A DNA stretch of 34,020 bases from a virus (lineage: Duplodnaviria > Caudoviricetes): positions 1 to 34,020 of the IMG/VR virus record IMGVR_UViG_3300032330_000493. One strand, written 5' to 3'. This document shows positions 18,701 through 27,807 of the stretch, one piece after another. Made by a program: the position numbers and the translations under genes. Within the stretch, counting starts at the first letter, position 1. Each line of letters starts with the position of its first letter. The notes beneath the pieces were generated by a model that was given only the letters and a program-made list of their open reading frames with translations, ran no database searches and was not told the DNA's origin.

Positions 18701-19304
18701 GTATTGTAGAGTTGCGACGGAGATTGTTATCAAACTCAACATTATTGATAAATGTATTTGATGAGTGATATGAAGTTGGCGCAACATTTACGGAATGGAA
18801 ATTACGGGTTGAACCTGCCGTCTGTATAAAAAATGGTGAATCACTAACCTTGATTGATTTTGGTAATTGCCACTTCCCATCTGATGCTTTAAGGATATCA
18901 TCCTTCGGGTAGAAGATATTGGCTTCTTTGTTAAACAACACGCGGAATAGCCACTTGATAGAATCTTCAGTACCTTTTTTGAGGTAGAATTCCTTTGCGC
19001 CTTTAAGAATCTTAGTTAGTTCAAGTTCAGTTCTTTCTGGAAAGAATGGTAGCAATTCGCTCTTAAAATAGGTTAGAAACCCATCCTCAGTAGTATCAAT
19101 GTCGCGATACTTGTCTGAGTTCATAATATGATAGATTGTGTTACCAGCCGTATTGGATACGCCTGTTGTAGAATTTACCTCAAGCCATTCATAGTACAAT
19201 TCAATAAAACGTCTAAATGACGGTGCATTATCCTCATATTTTGCATTGATAAAATCTGGAAGTTGAGACGCAATCAATCCAGAAATTGTTTTATCTAGAG
19301 CCAT
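15783..19304 (-). CDS. gp7: Baseplate wedge initiator
   Basis: IASQLPDFI...FIELYYEWLE, KEFYLKKGTEDSIKWLFRVLF, ILKASDGKW, KLQNNDKYHNFSYVL, IVHPAGM; located between gp6 and gp8. Confidence 0.88.
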   Translation of the reverse strand: MALDKTISGLIASQLPDFINAKYEDNAPSFRRFIELYYEWLEVNSTTGVSNTAGNTIYHIMNSDKYRDIDTTEDGFLTYFKSELLPFFPERTELELTKILKGAKEFYLKKGTEDSIKWLFRVLFNKEANIFYPKDDILKASDGKWQLPKSIKVSDSPFFIQTAGSTRNFHSVNVAPTSYHSSNTFINNVEFDNNLRRNSTILGFASYKIWVNTGTSGTTIYNTLISYLASSQVVGTMVDSAGTAFINLLSTPSVSTNRSGYSSQVMLEVMEAFYLQDITSDAKRITYDNNLTKATLEAVFGTGLNTVTLQFDGIQVFEIGNLEPVTAIASNSIFRYATTSASINLPVDAANTPAYVFTFGKEERGTTINVDTANNSTLANSKFGDDRFVLEYDKVYRSANNLGIVKSTAAANIGLISFAFREKEKISPSFVERKIVTGLVSKATATVEKAFTRIDEFTKSPYTEMFLSNIRGEFVNNELIEVEYVDADGNDRIFTERIFGFVGSVVVDPNRRGLTYKVNDPVVIYGGSDGTDATTTAGFSQATAYVSAVTSGRVISLDLVKGGYGYRANPYTTVTVVNDPSNPEGVEGSISVGSVVTANVIALTLANDTIQPYSTKALNLAGGWGLPACTSANITGTQALSTLFRFETINFYPIESLVINNGGHDYTTPPTLSFNTVYQVDGTTNIAISSLGLIAAIEIQATGSGYTTGQSLVFTGGDGIGAAGTIVASGGALTGVTITNRGYNYSIMPTVTISGAGSGGLLKAYGFNSGAEVALAVDDVGKITEIAMDNLGFGYSSTPSASLKVIDVYVSNLSSSIQSDQSLTVYQGANLSTADFTGNVDAYYTSLDTATLSSNNTIRVYNYNGAINTSNALVIVQSNAKLAVIGYKIYGNGQAKANVNFVDGTQSYPGYFLNTDGFLSADKKLQNNDKYHNFSYVLESEKQLNDFNQTMFNIVHPAGMQLIAHTKVSDAFTVTVDPALGQYIKLYQNTGNINAGVMLFSGYYAGSNANANLNTANTRNITSNSVSTTNFSTMGPSGGSLAAGDRIILNYTNTYRQVTLTVESVASSTRLNTTQPVIISGFGLLSLNSSSVYATCSENVAGKILVNDYLRIFDKFDYDVTGNDNHVVVRRVAATPTNNIIQLASAPPISNSNLGYWIDPDFRNVPIKIERNI

Positions 19305-19305
19305 A

Positions 19306-21366
19306 TTACAGTGCTACCGCTGTTACGTTAATCTTAATTGATTCGGGGTCAGTACTATCTATAGCCAATATTTTATTCTTAGTTACTGAAAATACAGTAT
19401 TCTTAGGCACGGCTTTTACAACCATAGTGCCAAAAGCATCTTGCACTAGAACAGGATTAAAGTTGGTAATTTCCACGATACCTGAGTCATAGTAAACTGT
19501 ACCAGCCTCATCGCTAATGCTCTTCTTAATCTTGTTATCATCGTAATAGTAGATACGAAGTTTACCAGATTTGGCTTGAAGAACTGGAACAGCCTCAGCG
19601 CCAGAACCATTACCGCCTGTAATACTAATCGCAGCAGTAGTGTAGTCGATACCTGACTTAATTACTGTAATTGACTTAAGTTTACCGTTTACTAGTACTG
19701 GCGTTAGTTCTGCACCCTTACCATCACCCAAAAGAGTTACTGTTGGAGTTTCGGTGTAACCACTACCTGGATTTGTAATGTTAATTACAGAAATTCCAGT
19801 AAATGATTGAGGAATTTCTTCAATGTATGCGTCACGAAGAACACCAGTACTATCATATACTTTAAAACTTGGAGAAGCAAATAATCTCTTTAGACTGTTG
19901 CCCGGACTCAAGGTTACTCCGAAATCAATACGATAGTCTTTGGTTGCATTTAGAGTTGGACGGAAACGTTTCTCTAATGTTACAAATACTTCATTATTTT
20001 CAATAGCAGTATCAGCATTATCAATCTCACGCATCAACTTAGATGTTTTAAGAGTGTTATCAAAGGTGTTTAGATTTGCTTCTGAGTAGGTTAGAATTGC
20101 ATTACGAACAGCAGTTTCAATTTGACCTTCGGTCTTAGATGTCTTGGTTGGGTCATAAGTTACATTAACTTGAAGATTGATAAAGTTATAATCTGGCGCA
20201 ACGTACTCAGGTTTTACTGTTACTACGCTAAATGGCTTAATAATCTTGTTAGCCACGTATTCAACTTCTGTTGAGGTTACTTCATAATTGCTTGTTGGCT
20301 TAACTGAGAAGAAAACTTTGCCATAAACTGGCGGGTCATTTTCTTCACCACCCCAAACTGTAACTGCACTAAAGTATGGGTAGTCTCGATTAATTAGCGA
20401 AATGTAGTCATTCTTAGTTACTGCACGATTTTGTGCAATAAACGATTTTGGCGCAACAAGTCGAATCTCATCAACACCTTCCTCAAGATTACCTGAAGCA
20501 GATTCTGATACCAGACTGACGATTGGAGTATATCCAGTAACGTTATCAACCAACTTAAATGTCTTGATACCATTAGCATCAATACCGCTAGATACAATGT
20601 AAGTAATAATAACGATATTTCCGTCTGTCAACTTCTTGCCGACAACATTATCACCAAAGTAAATTTGATACTTACCGTTGCGATTTTCTTCAAGATAATA
20701 AACGGAAGAAGTTGCAGCAACTGATGTAGAATCTTGGGCTAGAATAAAAGTTTCTTTGGTGGAGTTCTGAGACGAAGTTTGTATTTGAACCTTCATTGTC
20801 GATGTATCAATTCCCAAATCAGGAAGTTCAAAAATTTGTTTAGGATTGTTCGTTACATCGTAAATAAAATTATATGATGTTGGCTGTCCCTCTTTGATGT
20901 TTAGGTTTTCAAAGAAGAATCCGCCAGCTGAGTTCTTTGTTGCTGTTGTTTGTTCAGAGTTAACAAAGATGTAGTTCTTGCCATCCTTCTCGCCTGAGAT
21001 GAAACGGCTAAATCTTGGTAGGGTGATGCTGCTATTTGCATCACTTGAAATGATATTGAAGGCTACATTAACAGTTGCTTGCGCGGCTGCTCTTGAGCGC
21101 GGAGTATAGCCTAGAAGTTTTGCGTGAGAAACTACAGAACTGCGCAACAGAGCAGTGTCCATGAACATTTCATTGGCTACCATATTCATGTAGTAGCCCA
21201 TGTAATGGGTGTTGTACGCTAGAATGTCAAGTAAAACAGACAGACCTGAACCTTCAAAGTTATAGTCTGAAAATTCGCTTTGACTCTTAAGGAATGCCTT
21301 TAGGTTAGACTTGATTGTGTCAAAATCTAATTCAGCAACCTTTAATTTTGCGTCAGGATTTGCCAT
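19306..21366 (-). CDS. gp6: Baseplate wedge subunit
   Basis: ELDFDTIKSNLK..L...EFSDYNFEGSGLSVLLDILAYNTHY, QNRAVTKNDY, WGGEENDPPVYGKVF. Confidence 0.95.
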   Translation of the reverse strand: MANPDAKLKVAELDFDTIKSNLKAFLKSQSEFSDYNFEGSGLSVLLDILAYNTHYMGYYMNMVANEMFMDTALLRSSVVSHAKLLGYTPRSRAAAQATVNVAFNIISSDANSSITLPRFSRFISGEKDGKNYIFVNSEQTTATKNSAGGFFFENLNIKEGQPTSYNFIYDVTNNPKQIFELPDLGIDTSTMKVQIQTSSQNSTKETFILAQDSTSVAATSSVYYLEENRNGKYQIYFGDNVVGKKLTDGNIVIITYIVSSGIDANGIKTFKLVDNVTGYTPIVSLVSESASGNLEEGVDEIRLVAPKSFIAQNRAVTKNDYISLINRDYPYFSAVTVWGGEENDPPVYGKVFFSVKPTSNYEVTSTEVEYVANKIIKPFSVVTVKPEYVAPDYNFINLQVNVTYDPTKTSKTEGQIETAVRNAILTYSEANLNTFDNTLKTSKLMREIDNADTAIENNEVFVTLEKRFRPTLNATKDYRIDFGVTLSPGNSLKRLFASPSFKVYDSTGVLRDAYIEEIPQSFTGISVINITNPGSGYTETPTVTLLGDGKGAELTPVLVNGKLKSITVIKSGIDYTTAAISITGGNGSGAEAVPVLQAKSGKLRIYYYDDNKIKKSISDEAGTVYYDSGIVEITNFNPVLVQDAFGTMVVKAVPKNTVFSVTKNKILAIDSTDPESIKINVTAVAL

Positions 21367-21367
21367 G

Positions 21368-21760
21368 TTATCTTACTCTTTCTAGGAATACTCTGATGGT
21401 GACTGGTTCTGGGTTATTCACATAGAAGAAAGTGACAAATACATTGTACCCGTTATAGTCTGGATTGGGTTCAACTAATACACCCTCAAGTTTGACTCTC
21501 GGTTCAAAATTGTTGATGGTCTGCTTAATAATATACTCAATCTGAGATGAACTTCCGCTATCAACAGGCTGGAAGAGCATCTGCTTTAGACTGCAACCAA
21601 TATCTGGATGGAACAGTCTTTCGTAATTTGATGTTTGAAATAGATTTTGCATCGCGCCAGCAATTGCAGCAATGTCGGTCTTCTTCGCAATATCCTTTGT
21701 TACAGGATGCTTTGTAAAGTTAAGGTCAAGGTCTTTGTAAGTTCTTGTTATTAGCGACAT
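21368..21760 (-). CDS. gp25: Baseplate wedge subunit / sheath initiator
   Basis: YKDLDLNFTKHPVTKDI, ERLFHPDIGC, INNFEPRV, FLERVR. Confidence 0.95.
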   Translation of the reverse strand: MSLITRTYKDLDLNFTKHPVTKDIAKKTDIAAIAGAMQNLFQTSNYERLFHPDIGCSLKQMLFQPVDSGSSSQIEYIIKQTINNFEPRVKLEGVLVEPNPDYNGYNVFVTFFYVNNPEPVTIRVFLERVR

Positions 21761-22507
21761 TTACTTGAATATGCTCTTTCCAGTTTCATTTAGAACCTTA
21801 TCCATCAATACCTTAACCTTAGAGTTTGACATACCCAGATTGATATTCGTCAATGAGGATATAGATTCAACCTGTTTACTTACGTCATAGTAGGTTTGAA
21901 TGTCAGATTGTACAGTTTGGTCTAATGTATTAGCCGTACTATTTATAGTGTTTGCAAGATTGTTGATGTAATCGTTTTTGTCAGCATTAGTTCTAGCCGC
22001 AAACTCAGCAGTCTGCATATGTGCAATAGAATTTTCAATTTGACGCTTAAGAATAGTTAAATCTTCATGTTTATCAAGACTTGCTGTCATTGCGGTAGCA
22101 TAATTGGTGTTATCACTAGGAGATAGTGATGCCATAGCAGTTGCATTAGCCACAATAGATGCAAAATCTATGGTTTTGTCTGATGCAGTTACAGGATTGT
22201 CAAACAGGTTAGCAAATAGTACTAAATCCGTGTTTGGCAAAGATGAATTAGCCTGCAAATATACATTATTTCCATCAATTGTAGCCGTATAGGATACGAA
22301 TGGGTCAGTAGTATAGATGAAATCCATCTGTCGAATGTATACTAGGTTGTTATCATGAATTAGGTATACTTCAGATAACTGATGTTCAACGTTTGATGAA
22401 GATTGCACGGTAATACGCGCAGAACGATACTCAGTCTTGCTAAATTGTGCAATCGCGTTTGGACCACCGTTTAGCCCAAGATAAAACAGGTCAGTTTGTA
22501 CAGGCAT
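21761..22507 (-). CDS. Hypothetical virion protein (N-terminal beta module plus helical C-terminus)
   Basis: FSKTEYRSARITVQ...QLSEVYLIHD..VY resembles the YRSAKY..Q...SE..VIHDG module repeated in T4-like cyanophage virion proteins. Confidence 0.55.
   Translation of the reverse strand: MPVQTDLFYLGLNGGPNAIAQFSKTEYRSARITVQSSSNVEHQLSEVYLIHDNNLVYIRQMDFIYTTDPFVSYTATIDGNNVYLQANSSLPNTDLVLFANLFDNPVTASDKTIDFASIVANATAMASLSPSDNTNYATAMTASLDKHEDLTILKRQIENSIAHMQTAEFAARTNADKNDYINNLANTINSTANTLDQTVQSDIQTYYDVSKQVESISSLTNINLGMSNSKVKVLMDKVLNETGKSIFK
21940..21947 (-). promoter_or_regulatory. T4-type late promoter TATAAATA (internal, upstream of gp25-gp6)
   Basis: Perfect consensus on the minus strand, about 180 nt upstream of the gp25 ATG. 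Confidence 0.6.
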
Positions 22508-22995
22508 TATCTACCACCAGGAGTTTGCGGAATAGTCAAAGGTTTACTTAAATCGCTTGTACTTGTTAATGTCACGCCTGATATCTTATCAGTATGCTCT
22601 TGAAATTTAGTAACAGTTGAGTTTAATCCAGAAGTGCCATCACCGCCACCAAGAGCCTTTTTTAAGTTGTTGTATGAACTTGTTAATGCGCCATTACCAG
22701 CAACTGCGCTTAAAGTTGTGTCTAAATTTTGAAAATTATTTGCGGTTAAATCACCCACAGTAGCACCTAATGCGCCGGCAATTCCCCCTACAGGATTTTG
22801 CACAACTGCGGATAATGTTCCTACTGACCCTGCAATTTGTGTCGCGGCTGATGCTAATGATGCCAAAGTTCCTAATGATAATTGCGATACTGTTATAGAC
22901 CCTGCATGAGTAATGGTAGGAATTGGCATTAGTATATTACCGCCAATCATACTTAGCACAATTGATTTTACTGCTGATATTCCTAATCCAGCCAT
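22507..22995 (-). CDS. Hypothetical hydrophobic protein downstream of gp5
   Basis: 162-aa ORF with a strong SD (AGGAGG) overlapping the gp5 stop; A/G/S/L-rich, with no PAAR motif. Confidence 0.6.
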   Translation of the reverse strand: MAGLGISAVKSIVLSMIGGNILMPIPTITHAGSITVSQLSLGTLASLASAATQIAGSVGTLSAVVQNPVGGIAGALGATVGDLTANNFQNLDTTLSAVAGNGALTSSYNNLKKALGGGDGTSGLNSTVTKFQEHTDKISGVTLTSTSDLSKPLTIPQTPGGR

Positions 22996-23003
22996 AATGC
23001 CTC

Positions 23004-24476
23004 CTAGATGTTCACGCGACTAGCCACAGTCGGAATTTGTTTATTGGGTTTAGCATATGTATTGTATGTAGTAATTGCGTCGTCAACTGCATAAATTGTA
23101 GTTGCTACGGACTCTTTAAAAGTTGGCATAGAAGAAGTTTGTGAATGTAAATCATATGTTCCTTGCGCCATAGTTGACAAAGAATTATATGCATCATCAA
23201 CCTTATATGAAACCCTATTTAATTCCCCTAAAGTATTTTGTAGGAAACTAGTTTTTGGATAGAGGTCTTTACCAATAATTACCCCAACAGAATCTACCAC
23301 GGTTAGTGCATCATTAACAGCAGTTGTTACAACTTTAAGAGTACCCTGAACCTTGTCAATTGTTTGAGTGAGCGGACCAAGTGATTTTCCGATAGAAGGG
23401 TTTAGTTGACTTAATCCGCCAAGTGCGCCCAAGTAGTCTCCAGATTTAACCGCTTGTACTGTATCAACAACTGTTTGTACGGTATCCAATACCTTCCCAA
23501 GATTACCTTTAAGGCTATCAAGAAATCCTCCACCGCCACTTACTCCAGGAATGCCTGCAATTGCTCCTGCGACATCAAAATCTGGAATACTAAGAGCGTC
23601 AGGCGCATCTGCGGAACCAGATTGAATGTTAACCATTGCGCCGGCAACATCAACCATTGCGCCACTTAAAGTGGTCTTGGTTCCTTCCATGCTTAAAATA
23701 CCACCAGCACCAACTTTAACCGCAGCACCAGCCTTAATATTAATTGCAGCGGCTGCATCAATACCAACAGTTGTTCCTTGCATATTAATAGCAGCACCAG
23801 ATTTCATATTGATAGCAGCTGCCTTAATGTTTAGAGTACCAGTTACGCTTAGGGTCATATCCCCGCCAACAGACAACTTACAGTTGCCGCCGACACTTAC
23901 TGTATCATCACCTGAGATGGTAACTTTGTTGTTCTTCTTGACAACATTAATCTGGTTGCCTTCAGTATCAAACTCAACATAAGTTCCATTGTTATGGGAT
24001 AACTTAATGCGACCCTTGCCATTATCATCTAATTCAAATGTGTGACCAGACTCTGTTTCATGAACATAATTGTATGGATACTTTGCGCCTCTTGCGAGAC
24101 GAGAGAATGTTGATTCCCCAACACGCTTTGGATATTTGCCGTTTGGGTCAGCAAATCCTTTAGATGCATCAGGCTTAGATGATGGTTTGCCGGGAATGAC
24201 GCCAACAATCATTGGTAGTTGCGCAGAGTTTGCGTCAAGAAAGAATCCAAACACCATATCGCCTTCCTTGGCAGTATATGATGCTGGAAGATTAGGAGGC
24301 TGCACAATATGCGCCCAAGGTAGTGCGGCTGTTGGAATTAGTTCTTTATTTTCTGTATGATAACCAAAACAACGGACACGGAGACGCCCTAGTTGTTCAG
24401 GGTCTTGACGGTCTTCGACAACGCCAATAAACCAAACAAATCCATCTTTACCTACTGTATATTGTTCGCTAATCAC
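23004..24476 (-). CDS. gp5: Baseplate central spike (OB fold plus beta-helix, no lysozyme domain, extended C-terminus)
   Basis: FVWFIGVVEDRQDPEQLGRLRVRCFGYHT, LPWA, EGDMVFGFFLD, YPYNYVHETESGHTFELDD, 8-residue VxGxxxxx repeats; GTG start. Confidence 0.92.
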   Translation of the reverse strand: MISEQYTVGKDGFVWFIGVVEDRQDPEQLGRLRVRCFGYHTENKELIPTAALPWAHIVQPPNLPASYTAKEGDMVFGFFLDANSAQLPMIVGVIPGKPSSKPDASKGFADPNGKYPKRVGESTFSRLARGAKYPYNYVHETESGHTFELDDNGKGRIKLSHNNGTYVEFDTEGNQINVVKKNNKVTISGDDTVSVGGNCKLSVGGDMTLSVTGTLNIKAAAINMKSGAAINMQGTTVGIDAAAAINIKAGAAVKVGAGGILSMEGTKTTLSGAMVDVAGAMVNIQSGSADAPDALSIPDFDVAGAIAGIPGVSGGGGFLDSLKGNLGKVLDTVQTVVDTVQAVKSGDYLGALGGLSQLNPSIGKSLGPLTQTIDKVQGTLKVVTTAVNDALTVVDSVGVIIGKDLYPKTSFLQNTLGELNRVSYKVDDAYNSLSTMAQGTYDLHSQTSSMPTFKESVATTIYAVDDAITTYNTYAKPNKQIPTVASRVNI

Positions 24477-25753
24477 GATGATGCCGCCTTTACTTTCTCT
24501 GTTGGCAATGCGCGAGCATAAGAGTCTGTTACTAGTTCTAGAACAGTATCACCAGTTCCTTTCTGTTTAAACACATGAGATACTGAACGAACCAAGTACT
24601 TAGCCGTGCGAAATTCATCAAGTGCTTTACCAGTTTCATCGGCAGCAACAAACTTGGGCATGTCAATCTTTACAACATCACCTGCTTTAGTGGTGATGTC
24701 TAATGGCAGCACTACACGCAATGCAAAATTGTCTAGCAGTGCGCTATGCATCTGACGAGGCATTAACCACTTGTCAACAGCATTTTCTTTTTCTACGTTA
24801 GCATCTGACGTCATAATATGCGTTTTGTAGAACGCAAAATATGACCGCACAAGACTCTTGTCATTAACTGTCATGTTTTTATTTAGCAAAGTATTTTGTA
24901 TCTTCTCTAAACTATAATCGTAGTTCTTAAACTCGCGATTAAACAGATTTACTGTCATCAACTTGCTTGCAAACCCGCCTTTGTTATTGGTAGAAAGAAT
25001 GTCAAAATCGTGGAGTATTTCTAGTTTTTCAATAGAGTTTCTATTGCGTTTGATATCAGATGATGAATTAGGTTTGTCATTAACGCTCTTAATGTCATAT
25101 ACTAGATTCTTGATAACATTTTGCGCATAAAGCGTTTGCAGTGATACAAATTGATACCCATCGCGATTTTCGAAGAACATAAAATTAGTATTTGTAGTGC
25201 CGTTATATGACCTTGAAGCAAGCCAATTTAAGGCTTCAAGAGGACGATAACCGGGAATAATAATGTCAAAAGAACCTGTAGTGTTCTCAACGCGATTGAT
25301 TTTTTTTGGTTTGAGTATGTTCTTAAGGATATCGCTGGCAATATCAGAATAGCGTTTACCTGTGTAGGCTTTGCTGATAGCCTTAGAATTTGAATCTACC
25401 AGTTCAGGTGAGCATATATGAATAACATACATTGAACCTGAATTGTTATTGTGCTTTCTATCAGTCACCTTAAAAATCTTAAAGTCTTTTTCAATTGGTA
25501 GATTTAGGCTAGGCTGGTCAATCTTGACGCGCAGAAATTCATTGCCATTAATGTAAAAGTTATTGAAGATGTCTTGACCATCTACAAGAACAAGAGTTCC
25601 AAACATTGTTGGCGCATCAATGCTTTGGTGAATTTCTAGTTCAACCAACTGCGGCATTAATGGTACTAGTTTACCGGAAGAGTTTATTAAGTCTAGAGAT
25701 TTAAGTTCATAATCTCTAGCAGTACCCATTCCTGGAGCATCTAATTCAGCCAT
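24473..25753 (-). CDS. Baseplate hub protein (gp27-like)
   Basis: Lies between gp53 and gp5. Motifs IIIPGYRPLEALNWLA, FMFFENRDGYQFVSL, AGDVVKI, KYLVRSVSHVF. Confidence 0.75.
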   Translation of the reverse strand: MAELDAPGMGTARDYELKSLDLINSSGKLVPLMPQLVELEIHQSIDAPTMFGTLVLVDGQDIFNNFYINGNEFLRVKIDQPSLNLPIEKDFKIFKVTDRKHNNNSGSMYVIHICSPELVDSNSKAISKAYTGKRYSDIASDILKNILKPKKINRVENTTGSFDIIIPGYRPLEALNWLASRSYNGTTNTNFMFFENRDGYQFVSLQTLYAQNVIKNLVYDIKSVNDKPNSSSDIKRNRNSIEKLEILHDFDILSTNNKGGFASKLMTVNLFNREFKNYDYSLEKIQNTLLNKNMTVNDKSLVRSYFAFYKTHIMTSDANVEKENAVDKWLMPRQMHSALLDNFALRVVLPLDITTKAGDVVKIDMPKFVAADETGKALDEFRTAKYLVRSVSHVFKQKGTGDTVLELVTDSYARALPTEKVKAASS

Positions 25754-26429
25754 TAGACATCAACTTCATAAATTCATCCTCAACGCGAGAAATGTATGAT
25801 ACATCAAGAAGTTTGATGGTTCTCTTTGCCTCATTTTGCTCAACTTCATATTCATAGAAACTTAATGCTTCAAGTGTCACAACCTGCGTTAGCGTGGTGC
25901 CATCATCAAAAGTTTTTACAAATGATTCAGCAACTACAGGATATGGAACACCAATATCTACACTAGGCAAGTATGAAATCTCACCTGTATTAAAATCCGC
26001 TTGAATCCCGCTCATTTCATATTTTTCTGTTGTGCGATACTTTACTACGCCATACTGACTTAATGTTTTTTGGATTACTTTACGATTTATATAGACAGTT
26101 GAGAGTGCTTGAGATAAGGTTATGCCATACTTGTTTGTAATGTACTTATCTAGTGCAATTCCTGATAGAGGAAACTCATACTGGGGATTAATTAGTTTGT
26201 TAAAAAGCAAAATAATCCAGTGACGATTAGAGTCGCCATATAGTTTATGCGCAATCGTTTCTGGAGTATCACCATCTGATAGTTGGTACTCATAGGCTAT
26301 AGCAGTATTTTCTGCAACTTCCTTAAGGAATGCTGAACGCTGCAACAGATTAGTGACCAATTGTGATGACGTAACATTATCTTCTAGATTGTAGGCAATC
26401 TTGTTAAAATATGAAAAGTAACCAGCCAT
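25746..26429 (-). CDS. gp53: Baseplate wedge subunit (LysM-like)
   Basis: YFSYFNKIAY, DGDTPETIAHKLYGDSNRHWIILLFN, YEYEVEQNEAKRTIKLL. Confidence 0.93.
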   Translation of the reverse strand: MAGYFSYFNKIAYNLEDNVTSSQLVTNLLQRSAFLKEVAENTAIAYEYQLSDGDTPETIAHKLYGDSNRHWIILLFNKLINPQYEFPLSGIALDKYITNKYGITLSQALSTVYINRKVIQKTLSQYGVVKYRTTEKYEMSGIQADFNTGEISYLPSVDIGVPYPVVAESFVKTFDDGTTLTQVVTLEALSFYEYEVEQNEAKRTIKLLDVSYISRVEDEFMKLMSNG

Positions 26430-27784
26430 TAGTAACCTGCCTCAACAAGACCCTTGTGGATAATTTCAACTTCCTTGAAGCGTAGACGCATTTCAATGTT
26501 AACAGGTTTGCCATCCTTAAACGTGACAAACTGTCCTGATTGACCAACATAGTTCACGTCAATGGCTTCCAAGACGCAACTTGCAAACTTATGAAGCGAT
26601 TCATTTTCAATGTCATTTTCGTTCTTTCCTGGTTTGAAACGATACTCAATGTCAAACTCTGAAGGTGGAACAAAGTATCTGCCGCCTGTACCCTGAGCCA
26701 ATTCTGGGGCTGCGTGGTAGCGGAACATACGAATAATCTTCATCACTTCTTCGGCTTCTTTCTCATTTCTTGGATGAAAAGCAAAGTTAAATTCAAAACT
26801 TCTATTGTCGATAGTTTCAAACAATACTTCAACTTGAGGATTTTGCGCAATACCATAAGATTGTAGAAGGACATTTTCAATGCCTTCTCCAACAATACCT
26901 AATTCTTTACCAGCCCCACCAACAAGAGATGCGAGAGATTCTGCAATAAAAGCGCCAGGAGCACCAGTAGTTTTGTTAACCATTCCATTAGGATTGCCGC
27001 CACCAAGACCTCGCATTACATTTTTTCCAATATTTGAAATCGTATCTTTGATAGCACCACCAACTGCTGCTGAACCTTGTCCAGCAAGACCTGCTAGACC
27101 GAGGGCTGATGTTAAAGAAACTTCACCATATTTATTTTGCGATTGCATTATAACTTGGTCTGGAACATATAGGTCAATAGTCTGTACTAGTCTTTTAGTT
27201 TTTCTGGTCATATCAACAGTTGCTAAGATTGATGCTCCAATAAATGCTGCTCCCGCTGCACCAATAAGAGCGCCATTTGCATCATTTCTTTCTTGTTTTA
27301 ACGTACCATCGGTAGCATTACGCGCCAAGTCATTTAGGGCTTGAGTAGCGCCATATAAAGCGCCTGTTACAGCCCCACCAACTCCAGCTGCGCCTATAAC
27401 ATGAAATGGGTCTGTGCTATCTCCAACTTGACCAAATCCAGATTGACTAAATTGATTTCGATTATAGTCTGTTCTGTTGCTGCCGCCTGCTTGTTCAAAA
27501 TTAGTTTTAAACGCAGATTTTGCTGGAATGTTAATATGAAAACGTAAAAAGTGAGGAAAACGTTCTGTATTTAAGTCACGAGGATACTTTAGACTCTGAT
27601 TTGTAAAATACTTGTTTTGACCTAATGGGGCTAATGGACCAGTAGCCGTTGGAACCGGATTGGTCTTACCGTCGCTAACAACCTGCGGTCCACCATCCTT
27701 ATTGTCGGGAGTTCCTTGCTGGAAAGCAGGACTTCCGCGCCCTACTGGAGTGGATGATATTGTTTGACCTGCTGGTGCTGCCAT
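26429..27784 (-). CDS. gp48: Baseplate tail tube cap
   Basis: LKYPRDL, IDLYVP, NPQVEVLFE...RSFEFNFAFHPRNEKEAEEV..II..FRYH, CVLEAIDVNY, LRFKEVEI; SD AGAGGA. Confidence 0.92.
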   Translation of the reverse strand: MAAPAGQTISSTPVGRGSPAFQQGTPDNKDGGPQVVSDGKTNPVPTATGPLAPLGQNKYFTNQSLKYPRDLNTERFPHFLRFHINIPAKSAFKTNFEQAGGSNRTDYNRNQFSQSGFGQVGDSTDPFHVIGAAGVGGAVTGALYGATQALNDLARNATDGTLKQERNDANGALIGAAGAAFIGASILATVDMTRKTKRLVQTIDLYVPDQVIMQSQNKYGEVSLTSALGLAGLAGQGSAAVGGAIKDTISNIGKNVMRGLGGGNPNGMVNKTTGAPGAFIAESLASLVGGAGKELGIVGEGIENVLLQSYGIAQNPQVEVLFETIDNRSFEFNFAFHPRNEKEAEEVMKIIRMFRYHAAPELAQGTGGRYFVPPSEFDIEYRFKPGKNENDIENESLHKFASCVLEAIDVNYVGQSGQFVTFKDGKPVNIEMRLRFKEVEIIHKGLVEAGY

Positions 27785-27794
27785 TTGATTCCTC

Positions 27795-27802
27795 TATAAA
27801 TA
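27795..27802 (+). promoter_or_regulatory. T4-type late promoter TATAAATA for the gp4-gp2-gp54-gp26 block
   Basis: Perfect consensus in the 23-nt divergent gap, 5 nt upstream of ATG 27808. Confidence 0.85.
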
Positions 27803-27807
27803 CTGGT

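Noticed and set aside
18030-18840. Intein or intron in gp7
   Set aside because: No C-terminal His-Asn plus nucleophile junction or LAGLIDADG motif was seen, and the frame is uninterrupted.
26880-27344. 154-aa plus-strand ORF and other antisense ORFs over structural genes
   Set aside because: They lie antisense to well-supported conserved genes and have no RBS or recognisable motifs.
14197-27784. T6SS, tailocin or eCIS locus
   Set aside because: gp2, gp4, gp32 and T4 late promoters identify a T4-like phage genome.
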